Source: Mizuhopecten yessoensis
Taxonomy: Eukaryota
Direction: 5' to 3'
Assembly: GCF_002113885.1 (NCBI RefSeq)
Contig: NW_018408752.1
Coordinates: 413,624-477,623, forward strand
DNA: 64,000 bases
The notes beneath the pieces were generated by a model that worked only from the letters and a program-made list of their open reading frames with translations, was not told the DNA's origin and made no database searches. Shown piece by piece: positions 12,635 through 26,972 of the stretch (its first letter is position 1; each line of letters opens with the position of its first letter). Made by a program: the position numbers and the translations under genes.

Positions 12635-15600
12635 ATGGCGGAGCAAAAAAGGCGAAACGGGCTACTTTCAAAGGGCATGAAATTGCCCGTTACGATAGAA
12701 GAGGCTCTAAATGATGTACTCGTCGTATCCTTAGAAACTGGAAGCAAAGTTTTCCGTGGTATTTTATTAGATATGAAGAAGAGGTAATGGAATATAGCTT
12801 CGAAAATACAACCCGATTTCTGTACTTTTCTTCCGTTTACATCTGTCATTCATCAAGATTTTCCCATGCCACAGAATCGTTTGACACGTAGCATATTTTT
12901 CAGTCGAGAAATCTGTTGGTATTTGTGTCGTTATAACCATTGCCACGTGTAACCGACACGACCATCGGTGCATATTTTACAAATCCGATGTTCCAATCCA
13001 ACCCCCCCCCCCCCTCCATTATAAATTTTTCTGTTCTTTTTATGTGTTCCAAAACGACTGATTCATGCATTCGTGAAAATGAATATATGAGAAAATATTT
13101 CGTACAAATGCAAATGATAAAAACGCTGTTCCTCCTATTGATGGTATGATATGCATACATGTTGCTGCTCAGTATTTGAAATATTTGTATTTATTCTGAA
13201 AGTTTTCTAGTCTAAATAAAATATTAATTTAGGCTGTGATTTATTATTAAAAACTGGCTATGTCTACATACGAAAATACAGTTGAATTTTACCAGATCCG
13301 TGTTTTTATCATGGAGCTAAATTTTATGAAGGACAGTAATCACTCGGGTCACGTCTCCAAGTCATATTATGTACGTTCTGTTTTTATTGGACTTTTGAGT
13401 ATGCATCAATCCAATATTGTGTATCTGTAGCAGGACGAGGAATAGTGATAAAGATATTGCGTTCGCTGGCATGGGCTCTAACTCATAACCCTTGGCTCTC
13501 CAGCCCAATGCTCAGACGGCTGAGACTACCGCTGAGCTATTTAAATTCCCTACAGCTGGCACTAGTAAGGCAGTATACCTAATTATAATCAATGCACATC
13601 TTCATATTATGCTTTTTCCATGCATAGTGTAACAGGAGAGGAAAATTGTATGGTCAGACAAGTATTTGAACCTGGGGCCTCTTGAACTCTAGATTGACAC
13701 TTTAACTATAATGAAACCAAAGTGCACCAGTGTATGGTGATCCTCCCCGGCCCTGAGTTCCTCTACTGAATCCTTCTTCCTTTTCCTGGTCTTTGCCCCC
13801 AAAGACAACTTGTTCAGTACCGGTACACTATTTACAACCCAGGTTTGGGTATCCCCATTCCAGGCATTCACCCAGTACTTGAAACGAGGGTTAGTCACAG
13901 GCCATTACACATGTAAACGCTAGAAAAAATGCAAAGCCAAACCAGGATTTGAACCTCAGACCTTTGAACTCGATACTACTACTACTAATATTATACAACA
14001 TTTAACATAGTGCCCTTTCTAGCTAAATTTTAAGTCACTCTAAAGTGCTTTACAGTACACATAGATATACAATTAATACTACATGTATTAGCATATATAC
14101 ATTAATCAATACAATTTGTCCAGTACTGGTACACTATTTACAACCCAGGTTTGGGTATCGATCCCCTTTCCAAGCATTCACAATTCATCTTTAGAGATGC
14201 CCTAGCCTGGTTGTCAGCAATATTGGTCCATTCCACTCACTGTTCTGCTACATACAGCAACTAAACCGGGTTTGATAGGTCAGTTAATATTCCGTCTTTG
14301 CATATTGCAGAGTTATCTGCTCTTGTGAGCAGGTATTGATTGTTACATCATTTGTTAGTGAGAGTAACGTTAATGTCATCAATTTTTGAGAAAACAAGGT
14401 AATTTTCTAACACAGACCAACGACGTAACAATCAATACCTGCTCACAAGAGAAGATAACTCTTCAATACACAAAGAGGTAATAGAGCATTATGGTGAAGA
14501 ATTCACATGTTCAATCCATGCTTGACTCCATGCAAATCTACAATGTACCTCCACTGCATTTAAATATAATATAAAAAGTGATGGAAAACTGCAACAGATA
14601 GAACTCAAAACCTAGGACCTATTCATTCCAAACAACAATAAACAGCTTAGCTACATGTTGTCAAGCCAGCGACACATTTCTTTCAATAACTACTTAGAAT
14701 CAGATTATTGGCAAAACTTTGCAATGGTATTCTCTATACCACCTTAATCAATGCATGGTACGATTTGTATGCTTGGTCACAAAACAAAACATATCATTAA
14801 TTTTGAAGTGGCCAGACCAAGTTACATGCAGAAATTCCGTGCGAACTATTATCATAAGTGATCTAAAATGTAAGAATCGTGTAATATTTATGGCATAGCT
14901 AGAAGTCTGTTTTGTCAGTGCAGATAATATTCTTCGAATAGCTTAACATCAACAAAATGTTTTTTTGCTGCATATACATTGTCTCACATTATTTATGGCA
15001 GGAGATCTAGAAGTGTCAAAATGACACTGATCATCACTTTGTTCATAGCCCTAGGAATGCAATTTCTTTGTGAAGTCTTTATATTAGAACATGCAGTATA
15101 AATGGGAATATATGCAAATTAAATTTAAATTTGTGTCTTTCAGAAATTTACCGCATGGTGTCCCATGGCAATTTGACCAAAGTGGATCAAACAACGGTAA
15201 AGATGCCCAACATGTCGCTGAAGGTGATACCAGCTCACAACCAGAGTTAGCCGCCACATCAAACAGATACACATACCAAGAAGGGTCTAGTCAAAACAAC
15301 CGCCAGCCACCTCCACACCCAGTGGCCCTCACACGGGCACTGTACAAGGACAAAAATGTACGGCGGATTCGATTACGCCCTAGACAGACACTGTGCAACA
15401 AATGTAAGGCTGTGTGTACAGAAACAGACAAAGGTATTGTACCAGTCACAGCTGTAACAAAACAGCAAAAACCCACACCAGTACACCAACCTTCCCCTAC
15501 ACCAATTACACGCAGGCCGCTCAAGGAAGGGTTGAGGAAGAGAACGGCTACACAAGCTAGTTCACAGCCTGAAACATATCCGTCACGAAGGAAGTCTCTC

Positions 15601-17223
15601 ATTCAAAGCAAACCAGTAGCAGCAAGAATTTCATCAAGAACTGTTTTAACTCGTAGTGAATCACTACCAGTGAGTAGAGTTGTGTTATCGAGAAGAGTTT
15701 CACTGACTGAATCTAAGACTGTGTCTGCTCGAAGGGAATCTTCTTCTGAACTTGGGACTATGTTATCAAGTAGAGACTCCCTTCCAGAGAGTAGAATAGT
15801 GTTAACTCGTAGGGAATCTCTTACAGACAAAATAGTGTCATCTCGTAAAGACTCCACTTCAGAAAGTAAAGTTGTGACATCTCGAAGGGATTCAAACCCT
15901 GAAGCTAAACCTTTACCGTTACGAAAAGATTCTAATGGGGAAACAAAATTATTAACAACAGTTGTAAATGACAATAAAATACAGAAATTAGACAAATCAG
16001 CAGCTAATACTAAAGCAAGTCCATTGATAAAGATAACAATTGGAGAAGGGACAGTTATCAAGATCCCTCCCCGTATCCATGGTGATGAGGTAGATGGGGA
16101 GGGACAAAGTCCGACGAAGGTGCAGGAGACTGATTCTAATGACCAAACAAGTAGTTCTGAAGAAATGTGGCCATACAAAAAACCAAAAAAAGCATTTAAA
16201 AAACCTAAAGACAAAAAGGATTCGGAAAATAATTCCTCTGCAATGCAAATGTCTTACCTTGTATCTAGTCACCACAAAAAACACAAGCGGAAACATCGCC
16301 ACCGCCATGGGAGCCATAGCAATGATAGTGATGTGTTTCAACCAGAAGGTGATATGTTAGACATGTTCGATGAAAATGGGGAAACACATTCAGAAACAAC
16401 ACAAACTGAAGTTATCTCACAACGTCCCCGACTCCTCTACACATGGAGACAAAACAAAGGCCTCTCACCTAGACGAGATGTCAACAAAGGCTTGTCACCT
16501 AGACGTGATATAAACAAAGGGTTATCACCGAGACAGGAGAACACATCATTCAGTAACATTGATAGATCTATGTCGCCTAAAATTCAGTCCAACGAAAGTG
16601 TTCAAGTTCAGAAAAAGGAATACCGACTAAGAAGTCGAGAAAGAAATAGCACCGAGTCTGAATCGGTAGATTCCATGATAACGGACGAGTCAGATGACTC
16701 ATGTGATGATAACGACTTAATAGCTGATGGCTTTACTGTACAGACTGTCCCAGACAGCGAGGATGATCAGAGTGCTAAGTCAGAGGGGTGTTCGGGGACA
16801 GAAGAGGAGGAGGGGCCTCCTGGAGACACCAACATAGAGTCTTTACGCCCCCTGATGATGAAAATTCAGACTCACGATGTTACTAAATGTGTGGCAACTG
16901 ATGGGAGGAGTATTCATGTTGGGGACATTGTATGGGGTAAGATACAGGGCTTCCCCTGGTGGCCAGGACGGGTTCTTTCTATCACCGTTAGTCAGCGTGA
17001 CAATGGTATTATGATACGCCAGCTGGCTCATGTGTCCTGGTTCGGCTCATCCACAATGTCCCACATACAGTGCTCAGACCTCTACCCATTCCTTGAGGAC
17101 TTCAAACTCCGGTTTAACCGGAAGAAGCGAGGGCCATACAAGATGGCCATCAAACAGGCCACAATAGCTGCTCAGAGTATCACCAATACACACCATATTG
17201 ACTTCACAGAGTTTGACTTATGA
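12635..17223 (+). CDS. PWWP2A: PWWP domain-containing protein 2A/2B-like; coding exons 12635-12783 and 15144-17223 (about 742 aa; alternative ATG at 12629)
   Basis: Exon 1 IEEALNDVLVVSLETGSKVFRGILLDMKKR joins in phase 2 (GT..AG) to NLPHGVP. Contains RLRPRQTLCNKCK and a C-terminal PWWP domain GDIVWGKIQGFPWWPGRV..VSWFGS..PFLEDFKLRFNRKKRGPY, all PWWP2-family hallmarks. Confidence 0.93.
13428..13970 (-). repeat. Cluster of degenerate tRNA-like repeat copies in the PWWP2 intron
   Basis: TGTAACAGGAGAGGAAAA terminus at 13628 as at 40576; a second partial tRNA-like unit at 13912-13970; a more diverged unit at 13428-13545. Confidence 0.6.
14288..14483. mobile_element. MITE-like inverted-repeat element
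   Basis: About 60-bp imperfect TIRs (AGTTATCTGCTCTTGTGAGCAGGTATTGATTGTTAC / GTAACAATCAATACCTGCTCACAAGAGAAGATAACT). Confidence 0.75.
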
Positions 17224-20200
17224 CAGTAAGTTCTGGTGAGTTGAAAATCTAGATTTGGATGCAGCTTTAATATTCATTGAAGAGATTCTTTTTACTAAGG
17301 TTTCCCCGGTATTGTAGATTTTACACTACAAGCAGTGTTAGTGCTACATGTGTCATGAATGGAGTCCCTATCAACAGGGTCCTTTCTATAGTTGAATTGA
17401 TGCAGTCGTTTATCTTTTGATTATATATAAATTATATTTAGAAGATTCCTTGGATGATGTAAAAGATGTGATTTATGTAGATCTAGAGTGATCAGTGCTC
17501 TCATTGGGGTAAACCATTCCACTAGCCCAACAACATGAGCTAATAGATTTTATACCAGCGCTTAAGTGAAAATTGTCAATATTTGCTACGAAAATAAAAG
17601 CTGAGCTGGTATTATTTGTCTAAACCTGCCAACAGAGTACAAACAACTCTGGAACAAGTAAAATGTGAAATTGAGCACCCCTGCTTCCATCTACAAATAT
17701 ACAGGAGAAATATTTTAATTTACACATAATTCAGTACATGGACTTCATTGTTTGATTAAAATGACAAAATATACAGATGTTGAAATTTTATCTTAAACAA
17801 ATCTTCTGCAATAAATGATTGTGAAAGATAAAATTTCTTCGTGTAATGGCATTAGGTCAGTAAAAAAAATTCTGTTGAATTTAGATATACAGATTGTATG
17901 GACATTAGAGGCAGATGACAGGGAAAAGTGACGAGGTCTGCCCTTTTTCCATGGCTAGATATTGATGATGTAATTGCAGGAGAAAAATTGGGACAGCACT
18001 TTTACAGATACAGAAACAATAGCATTGCTTGTTTTTGATACCTGCTTGTTCTTGAATCAAGTACATTTTATAAATTTTCAATCTTTGGTTAAATGTATTG
18101 ATTGAATACACATTTAGGCATCATTTTGTGTATACCTGTAGAATTGGGGGAAAGTATTTGTATTGACTAACATACTTACAGTGTATTATTTAAGAGTATT
18201 TGCTGCACATTATACTTTTAAATAACAGTACCAGCCTTCTTGATTTTCCTATTGTGTATGAAATATTCAAAGTTGTCTAATACCTCATATACTGTACTTG
18301 TGAAGTATTCAATAAAACCATTTTACCTGGTTTGTTACATTGATATTAGGCCAGTAAGTTTGACATAGCTCTTATTAAAAACAAGTGCTGTACAGATTTC
18401 ATGTTAACCAATCCGCTAGTAATATAAATAAGGGATATTGCTACATACTACATGTACTACTTATATAATTATAAAAGGACTCTCTGTTAAATGATTTATG
18501 TATTCAAACAATCATATCTATAGTGAATTTTGTCAAGCCTTGTTATGACCATATTAGAATCCTTAATCATGAACCCATTCACCCATAAAGTCACATTTGA
18601 ACCTTACCAAATCAAAGACTGCAAACCCAGTTAAAATATGTAGGGGTGAATAAGTTTAAGAGATGTGCGAGTGTTCCACCAAGCCGTTTCTTTTACATTT
18701 TCACCATCAATATTAATTCATTGTTCTATAAATTTTCTTCTAAATTTGAAATTTTGTTTCCTAAAATGTGGGTATTTTATTTAATATTACTATAAATATT
18801 TGATTTTTATTCTAAAAAAATGTCAAAGTATGATTAGTTGTAGTCAGGTGTTCTTTCTTTATGCAAATTTATACAAGGTTAAATTTTAATTTATGTAGCT
18901 TGTGGTGACTTGTTTTTATTTTGATTTGGCTTTTTTTGAAGAAAAATAGAATTATATTCATAAATTGAATTAAAACATACTCGATTATCATCATATAGTC
19001 AACCTGTGTTACATGCACCATTCATGTAAAATATTGTGCAGTTTCCAGAATGCTCACTACCTTTCTACCAATATTAATATGATAAATATGATTGTAGGGC
19101 TTTCATGTGATTGTCTTTGAATTACTTCAGCTTGTACGTGCATGTTTTGTTCACTCAATCTGAGGGTTAGTTCAAATACTTAAAATATTGCTTTCTAGAG
19201 TGATTCTCAATATTTCCCTATCATGATATAATAAACATCTTAATGTTGACTAATGTACACATCGAAAGATGTACACAAACGTACCGGATCTGTAAATGTG
19301 GTGGTGATAATGAGGTATTGGTAATTTGTTAAATTACCACAGTTTATATGTGATTGCCCATGGGTTTTGATATAAATGCTCTGATGGCTTACATGTTTTT
19401 CCTGCAGCTATACATATGCATAAACATTCTTGCATATTGTGTAAAAGTCAGATAGTTACCTTCAAGCTTAGTGACTTACCATAAAACTATTGTTGAAAAG
19501 ATGTTTCGAGTCATTTGGTATTACATGTAAGTGAATCAGAAATAAAGGAGAGGTCACAACACAAGTACAGCCTTCTATTTACCACCTATAATAGCTTCAG
19601 GTTTACAAGAGCTCAAAATAATGAAGATACTAGCCAACCCACTGTTACCATAGTAAAATACATGTTCTTTAATTATTAAATTATTGAAATGCATTCGTCA
19701 CAAATTGATTATTCAAAGAATATATCAAAGCGTTTGTCCTCATATCTTATGAAAGTTGTTGAAAAGTGCTTTAATTCCTTAATTTCTTAATTTTGTAATG
19801 TGCCGGGCTGTTTTACTGAATGTCCATGTATCCTTTCTGCTATCAGGCACGACTACTACTATAATGTCCACATGAACTAACTCCAAATCGACTACCCTTG
19901 CTGATGTATGCTCCAGTGACTGCCTTAGCTGTGATGTTGTGATAAGTGATTTGAGATTTAAAAGGGACTTCTATTTGGATTCACTGTACCTGTATAATTA
20001 TGATATAAATGTTCACAGGTAAATTTTAACATATCTAATTTTGTTGCAGTTCTTATGAGTTTATTGTTATGTTTCATCATTGTATTTCTGTAATTGTTAA
20101 ACACGATATTTTTTTTGCATAAATGGTTTGTTTGAATATATTTGCACTACACGTAATAAGGGGAGATAATTTATTTTCCTGAATATTTCAATAGTTTCAA

Positions 20201-22190
20201 AATGTTCCCCTGTATATGTTCAGTATGTTTATCTAGTCTTGTGAAATGTAATTAAACAATTAGTTGTATGAAATCAAGTTATATCAAATTTTTCTTTGTA
20301 ATTTGTATAATGTTTAACTATTTTTTAGAAGAATTATTTATTGTTTATGGTATCAATTAATGGATAATGTCTTGATATGCTGAATAGTTCCTGATCCTGT
20401 GATTCTGTGTTAACAATAATTCATAACTTCTACTTATGTGAAATTCAAACAGACTAGTAATCGTAAAATGCGGACACAGGCCTAGAATTTATATTTGCGT
20501 AAAAAATGACCTGCAACTGGAATATATACTGGTAAAACCGAGTGATTTTGGCTGATATAATATTTTTCTGCAGAAAGAGTATTTATTATAGTACACTAGA
20601 AATTCATGCATGAGTGTACAAAAGCATAAATAGATGTGCAGTTAATACAGAAATAATTTTGATATACACCTGTAATGTTAGTTACATATATATGTACATG
20701 TTTTGTTCCAACAGTAAAATGTTTCAGCTAAGTTGCTGGACCAAATTGATTGAATTGGGAAACTTCATCAATTCCTGACATTGTACATGTACATAAATAA
20801 TAGTTTTTAAGTAAATTGTGTACTTTATATCTTAATTTCTTGAACTTTGATATATAATTTCATGAATGTTCATAAAACCTCTTGCCATCCGTGTTCAGGC
20901 ATATTCCACTGAAAATGTCAGTATGACTAGAATCAAGATATACATAAATAGGGCAAATTGATGTTTTGTTTTGATTTGTATTGTAGTTGTTCTGTACATG
21001 CATGTACCTTGTTGCCAAAACTTGTGGAATATGAAGCATTCTATTTTTGATCCCATACCTCTGACAAGAGAAATCTCGGTACTAGAATTTTGGTATCTCT
21101 TAGTTTGTTGTACGCAATTTTGGTGCCAATCTTTACTTGTACAGTTGTTCTATCATTTACCTGAATGAAAGTTAGTTTATCAAAATAATATCAAGTTTTA
21201 ATTAAAGTCTAAAATTTATAGGATTTTTAATTTATTTTATAGCAGTAAAAGTGTTTTAGAAGGAAAGGAATTAGGTGTCCTTATGGCTACAAGTAATCTA
21301 AATAGAGGCCAAATATAGGGAGAAAAACTAATGTATCATAGTATATATAGATTGGAGGAGGGGGGAATCTAAAATACTTGATCATAAATTTTGATTAATT
21401 AGTTACAATATTTCAGGTCAGTCTCTAGGTGAATATGCATATGTTACTATAGAGATTTGTCACAACACATGATCAGTAGAGAGACAAATTAGTGTAATTG
21501 AGTCATGATTGATCATTGGCATCATAGCCCTAGTATCGAGAGAAATTACATGTATCTGCAATTAAAACTACTAGTATAATTCAACAAATTTTACTCGCAC
21601 ACAGACGTACATTTGAATCCTCATATAACGTCACAAATCCAATGTCACTTTTACACAATTAAATATTTTGATATTTTTCATGCTCAGATAGATGGAGATC
21701 TTTTTGAAAGATATGTGATTTGAACCCACCTTTTCGGGGAGGGGAGTTGGGTATATAGGATCATAAGTCTCATATTGCTGTCCTGGAAACCCTGTTCTTT
21801 AGAATTATTCAATGCAATGATCTTTATACTTTTGTTAACCATATTCATTTAAGATCATAATACATATAGCATGGTTTTGTGATAGCCTCATCTGAAATTG
21901 GTAAATTGAAATAAAGAGAATCATAAAAAAGTTTACTTATTATGGCTGCAATTTGCATTGGTTTTCAAGTGCAACTCATTATGCCATGATATTTTTCTTA
22001 AAGTATTTGAAGTGTTTCATGGTTATAGAAGTATCTGGTTATGTCTGTCTACAGATTTTATATAATACGTACATCATGGTAAAGGATAGTTTCTATAAGG
22101 CTATTTTTACCTACGGTTTTCTTTTAGTCAAGTTGTGCTCATGTAGTGCTTGACCAGCTCATTGATTTTTGGCTCAATGTAGTTGTCTAA

Positions 22191-22254
22191 CCCCAACCCA
22201 ATTCAGATTGCTTTAATTTAGTACCAAATTAAAGCAATCTGAATTGGGTTGGGG
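22191..22254. repeat. Perfect inverted repeat, 29-bp arms with a 6-nt spacer
   Basis: CCCCAACCCAATTCAGATTGCTTTAATTT-agtacc-AAATTAAAGCAATCTGAATTGGGTTGGGG. Confidence 0.95.
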
Positions 22255-24522
22255 AAAGACAATGAAAATATTTTACTTTTTTTTTGTTAAAAAGTATAAA
22301 TAAGGAAAAATAACCATTACACTATAGCTATAATAAACGATTTGATTGTTCCTTCCTCATCAGGGAAGAAAACTATATATTAACATCCTTAATTTGTAGG
22401 TTTCTGATCTCTGGTGAAACTAAGGGGAAAGACGTTTAGTTTAATTTGCTTCATGGTATTTTTGTCTGATCTTATTTTATCATCCCAGTGCTTAGATTTC
22501 TTATAAATAGGTACATGTATTTCTAAATCAGTTTATATGAATACATAAGTTGATTTGTCTTACATATCTAGTTATGAAGTATTGTTTGAAAGAAAAGTTC
22601 TTTTCAGTTGAATTTGAATGAAATAATGAGTTAGCATTTTGACAGAATTATTTGACAGATATGTAATGATTGAATCGTATGACATATTGGAAGTTAAAAT
22701 AGATATTTTTTTTGCTTAAATTCAGTATAATAATTAAGAATTCTGCCCTAACTTGGTAGATGTGTGGAGAGATAGTGAAAGCTGTGATACAGTGCGACAG
22801 ACGGCCAGATAGTTTGACTATATTGTTATTACATTTCTGATGTCATTTAACTGTGCTTATATTAATATAAAATTGATGCGTATACATGAATGTATAAGAA
22901 ATGTATATATAAGTTGAAATTAAAAACAGCCTAAAGGCAGATTTTACATTGCTCACGTTTCTTTTCCTTTTCTCTTTCATAAATCCTGTCGTGCTCTAGC
23001 GTCACAATGCAAGGGGCTGATTAGAGGAATGTGTTCCCATTTCATGCATTAAAATATTACGGAATATATAAAGGTTCTGTCGCTCAACGTGGATGCTCGG
23101 AATTGCTAAGTAAGAAAAATAACGAATGTTTTGCATGTCTGTGTGTGCTGCCATCAATGGTCAGTTTTTTGTGTACAAAACTGCTACTTCAAAACAGTTG
23201 GCTGGGTTTTAACCAGAAAGAAACGTAGCAACGGTAATCATTTGGTACGAATGACAGCATTCTGGAAAAGGGGAGTGATAAATTTAAACTGCGTTCAATG
23301 GGAGACCTGCTGTAGTGATACAAATCTAAATTTTGGTATGAAGAATGCCTTCGGCAAGTGGAGACCATTTTGATATGAGTGAAGGACATGACCCATTTCA
23401 CTAGGGTACATTGAAGTAAACATTTACAATTGGTGCAGAAAGACTGATATCAACAAATTTGGTACAGAGCATTGTCGAACCACCATAACACAATCCATTA
23501 AATGTATAAAATTGTCTTGCATCGATATAGCCATGCATGTACACTGTGTTATCCTGCCTAAGCTGGTTTTGTATGGAACATCTATATCTGATAACATACA
23601 AATGGTATAACAACACGAGATCTTCAGTTATCCATGGATGGAATCGGCATTTCATGGTTTGTAAGTTCCAAATAAGTAAATATTGAATTATACAGGTCAG
23701 AAGATTCGCTCACATTGACATCTAATGAGATCAAATTAAGATTTGAAAGTAGGCTGTATTTGTAGTAATTGCTGTTCCAAGGCATCCTCTGGGAACCAGG
23801 TTTACTAAGCAGAACATGTGTGTTATTTAAAATGTGAGAAGTGGATTTTCTGTAACAAGTCATTTTACCCTGCCACCTAACATAGCTATACAATATATTT
23901 ACCGTGCCACTTAACATATCTATACAATATATTTGCAAATGGGTGTCATTATTTATACATACAGTATGCAAATGGTAATGAAACGGAAATTAGTTCTTTG
24001 TTATTACAACTATTTAACTCTCTTTTAAAACTAAGAAGAAACAACATACAAATAAAAGGTTTGAATTATAACGGCGGACATTACAGAAGTCCCCAGCACG
24101 ACCCCTGCAGAAGAATTTGATGTCCATTCATTTGGTGTTGTAATTGTCCTTCTTATTTCACTAACATATAATATATATCAAACTACAGAGTGCACAACCA
24201 ATGCCATATAAAACATTGGAGGTTTTGCAATTAAAGCTTTTGATACAGTATCACTGTTATAATTAGTGAGTGAGCTAATGTAACTTCTTTCGTTAATACA
24301 TGTAGTTTTACTTTTCAAATTTACAATTCTACACATTTGAACTGATGTGTCTTGATACAAACGAGTTGAGAGTATTTATGATAAATATGAACTAGCTGGG
24401 CTTTGGACAATGTCCTTGATGACATCCAAATAACATCCACGTATGGCTCAAAATTGAAACATTTAACAATTACTTTCAAAGAAGCCAGAGAAGATCAATG
24501 TGAAGGCCGAAGAACGGCCCTC

Positions 24523-26097
24523 ACAAGAAGCCCAGAAGGCCTATATTGCTCACTTGGATATCGAAAGCAATCCTGCAAACCAACTGGGTTTTTAAAAGTA
24601 ACATTATCTTTTGAGTCAAAAATCAACTAGCTAATCGAACACTATATGTGCACAATTTGACAAAAAGAAAGCTGTAGATGAAGATTTTTTTTTGTCACAT
24701 GTTAACCTCTTTGGCCAAATATCTTCATACTGGGCTTCCTGGTTATTTAGAGGAATTTGTTTAAATGTATACATGAAGCAGTAATTACAGTAATTTGACC
24801 CTTATGAACTTCAAAGTGGGTCAAGGTTATTTATTTGAAGAGATTTTACAACACTCCATCCAAGTTTGCTGCTGACCAAATATCATTTTCCCAGGACTTT
24901 TGTATATTTGAACCCTGTGAACACAGGTAAATGTCATTTATTTGAGGACATTTATAGCATCCCATCCTAAAAGACCCCTGTGACCTTAAATGTCATTCAA
25001 TGTCATTTAAGTGAGGACATTTTATAACACTTTTATAGCAAAATATCATTACCCTAGGCTGTTCACAGCTATTCAAAAGAAGTAGTTGGAACATGTTTGA
25101 CCCCTGTGACCTTGGTCAAGGTAATTAATTTCAGGAAACTTTGAAGCACTCTAACCAAGCATGACTCGATCTACTTAAATGGCATGATCCTAGGACGTTT
25201 GATTATTAAAAAGTAGTTTAAACGTTTTTCACATATTGGACCCATGTGGCCTTAAACGTAAGTCATGGTAATTTATTTCAGGAAACTTTGTACCACTTAC
25301 TCAATCAGAATACTGGCCAAATATCATCAACCTAGCTAGGCCATTTGGTTGTTCAAAAGAGTTGTTTGAAGGTTTAATATATTTGACTTATGTGACTTTG
25401 ATAGACCTTATAGCCATATATTATTATTTTGGACCTCTTGGTTATTGGACAGTTGTTTAAATAATTTTACGATTCTGACCCCTGTTACTTTGAAAGTAGG
25501 TCAAGGTGACTTATTTGAGGAATATTTATAGCACTCAATCCCTATAACCTAATGGGCAAATAACATCACCTTGCTTGGGGGGTTCTTTGGTAATTCAGGT
25601 GTTTTTTAAGGGTTTTTACATATTTGAATCCTGTGACCTTGAAAGTAGGCCAATGTCATGTGATTTTACCCCTGTGACCTTGAAAATAGGTCAAGGTGAT
25701 TTATTTAAAGAAAATGTATAGCACTCCATCCCTAGGCCTATTGCCTACTGAAAAAATATCTTCACCATGGGCCTTTTGGGTGTTAAGTCATTTATAGGGT
25801 TTGACATATCTGACTTCTGTGACCTTGAAGTAGGTCAGGGTCACAAGCTTTTTATATTAAAATGTGTGATCTTTGACCCTTAAGCTTTGACTGATGACAA
25901 CCAAAATCTAATCAGGTGTAGAACTTGATATTGCCATACTATGGTGTATATATGAACTAAATGTATTCAGTGGTTCACGAGATACTATGTAGGCAAGCTT
26001 TTTACTATGGATGGACACATGCACCAATACATACACCGACGGACACACAGACAAGGCGGCTTCTACTGGTTAATACAATGTAGGGAAGGGTTATAAC
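24523..26097. mobile_element. Non-autonomous Helentron/HINE-like element with an internal array of ~120-bp diverged subrepeats
   Basis: Recurrent TGACCCCTGTGACCTTGAAAGTAGGTCAAGG core, a terminal hairpin-like motif, and GGAC/GAC microsatellite-like sequence near the right end. Confidence 0.6.
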
Positions 26098-26972
26098 AAC
26101 AAATGAAAATGTAACAATTGAATTTGTCACAAAATTACCTGAGTTTTAACATGCTCATCTCATGCCCTAATCTAGATTTTTTTATATAATACAAACTACA
26201 TTTTTTTCAATTTATTGAGTTTATTGGTAATATACATTTTCTTCAGAATTACTTGCATTTTTTATCTGCCACATTCACACATTATAAAACATACAGAAAA
26301 GTAGCATTCATTTTAAACATCATCACTTTTATGTTTAATATTTGATTAACTAAAAGCCAAAATTGTGCCAGCTGAACATAATCTTTTACACTGCATTATA
26401 TCCAATTTTTTTCTCATCAAACAATTAATCTGAAATAAATAGGGAATTCAAAATCAAGTTTCCTTTACAACACGGGTTTGGCTTGCTACATGTCCTATCT
26501 CGATCTGCCGTCCTTCCCAACAGTGCATGTCAAAACGTTCTTTGCTGGTCTCTCCAACATTGGCTGATCTCACCAACCTTACTTATCATGATCTTCTGTA
26601 TCTCTGCTAACCTTACCAACTTCTGCTGGTTTCACCAATTTTTGCTAATCTCACCACAATGATAAGGACTCATCAATGTCTGCTTGTCTCACAAATTACT
26701 CTTGGTCTCAAACTGAAGATACACTGCCAGCACGCAACAATTACTCTTATCCTTTCTGTGGATAATTGCATTTACTAATAAAAAAAAATCATTAGCGATG
26801 AGAATGACGTAATATACAGGGTAGGTCAAGTACTTAACATGATTATCACAATTTCAATATAACTTAACTTTAATAGCTTACACACACATACATTTTCCAG
26901 TCTGGGTTGGTGTCTGGAACATTTGAAGACAGAAACTAAAAAAATGTGCTACATTTCCTAACCCCCATAGTG

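Noticed and set aside
15091-15143. ORF-track start of the 710-aa PWWP ORF
   Set aside because: Intronic; the conserved N-terminus is in the exon at 12635-12783, spliced to 15144.
23031-23971. Cluster of short ORFs between PWWP2 and TTC1
   Set aside because: No recognisable motifs or consistent exon structure.
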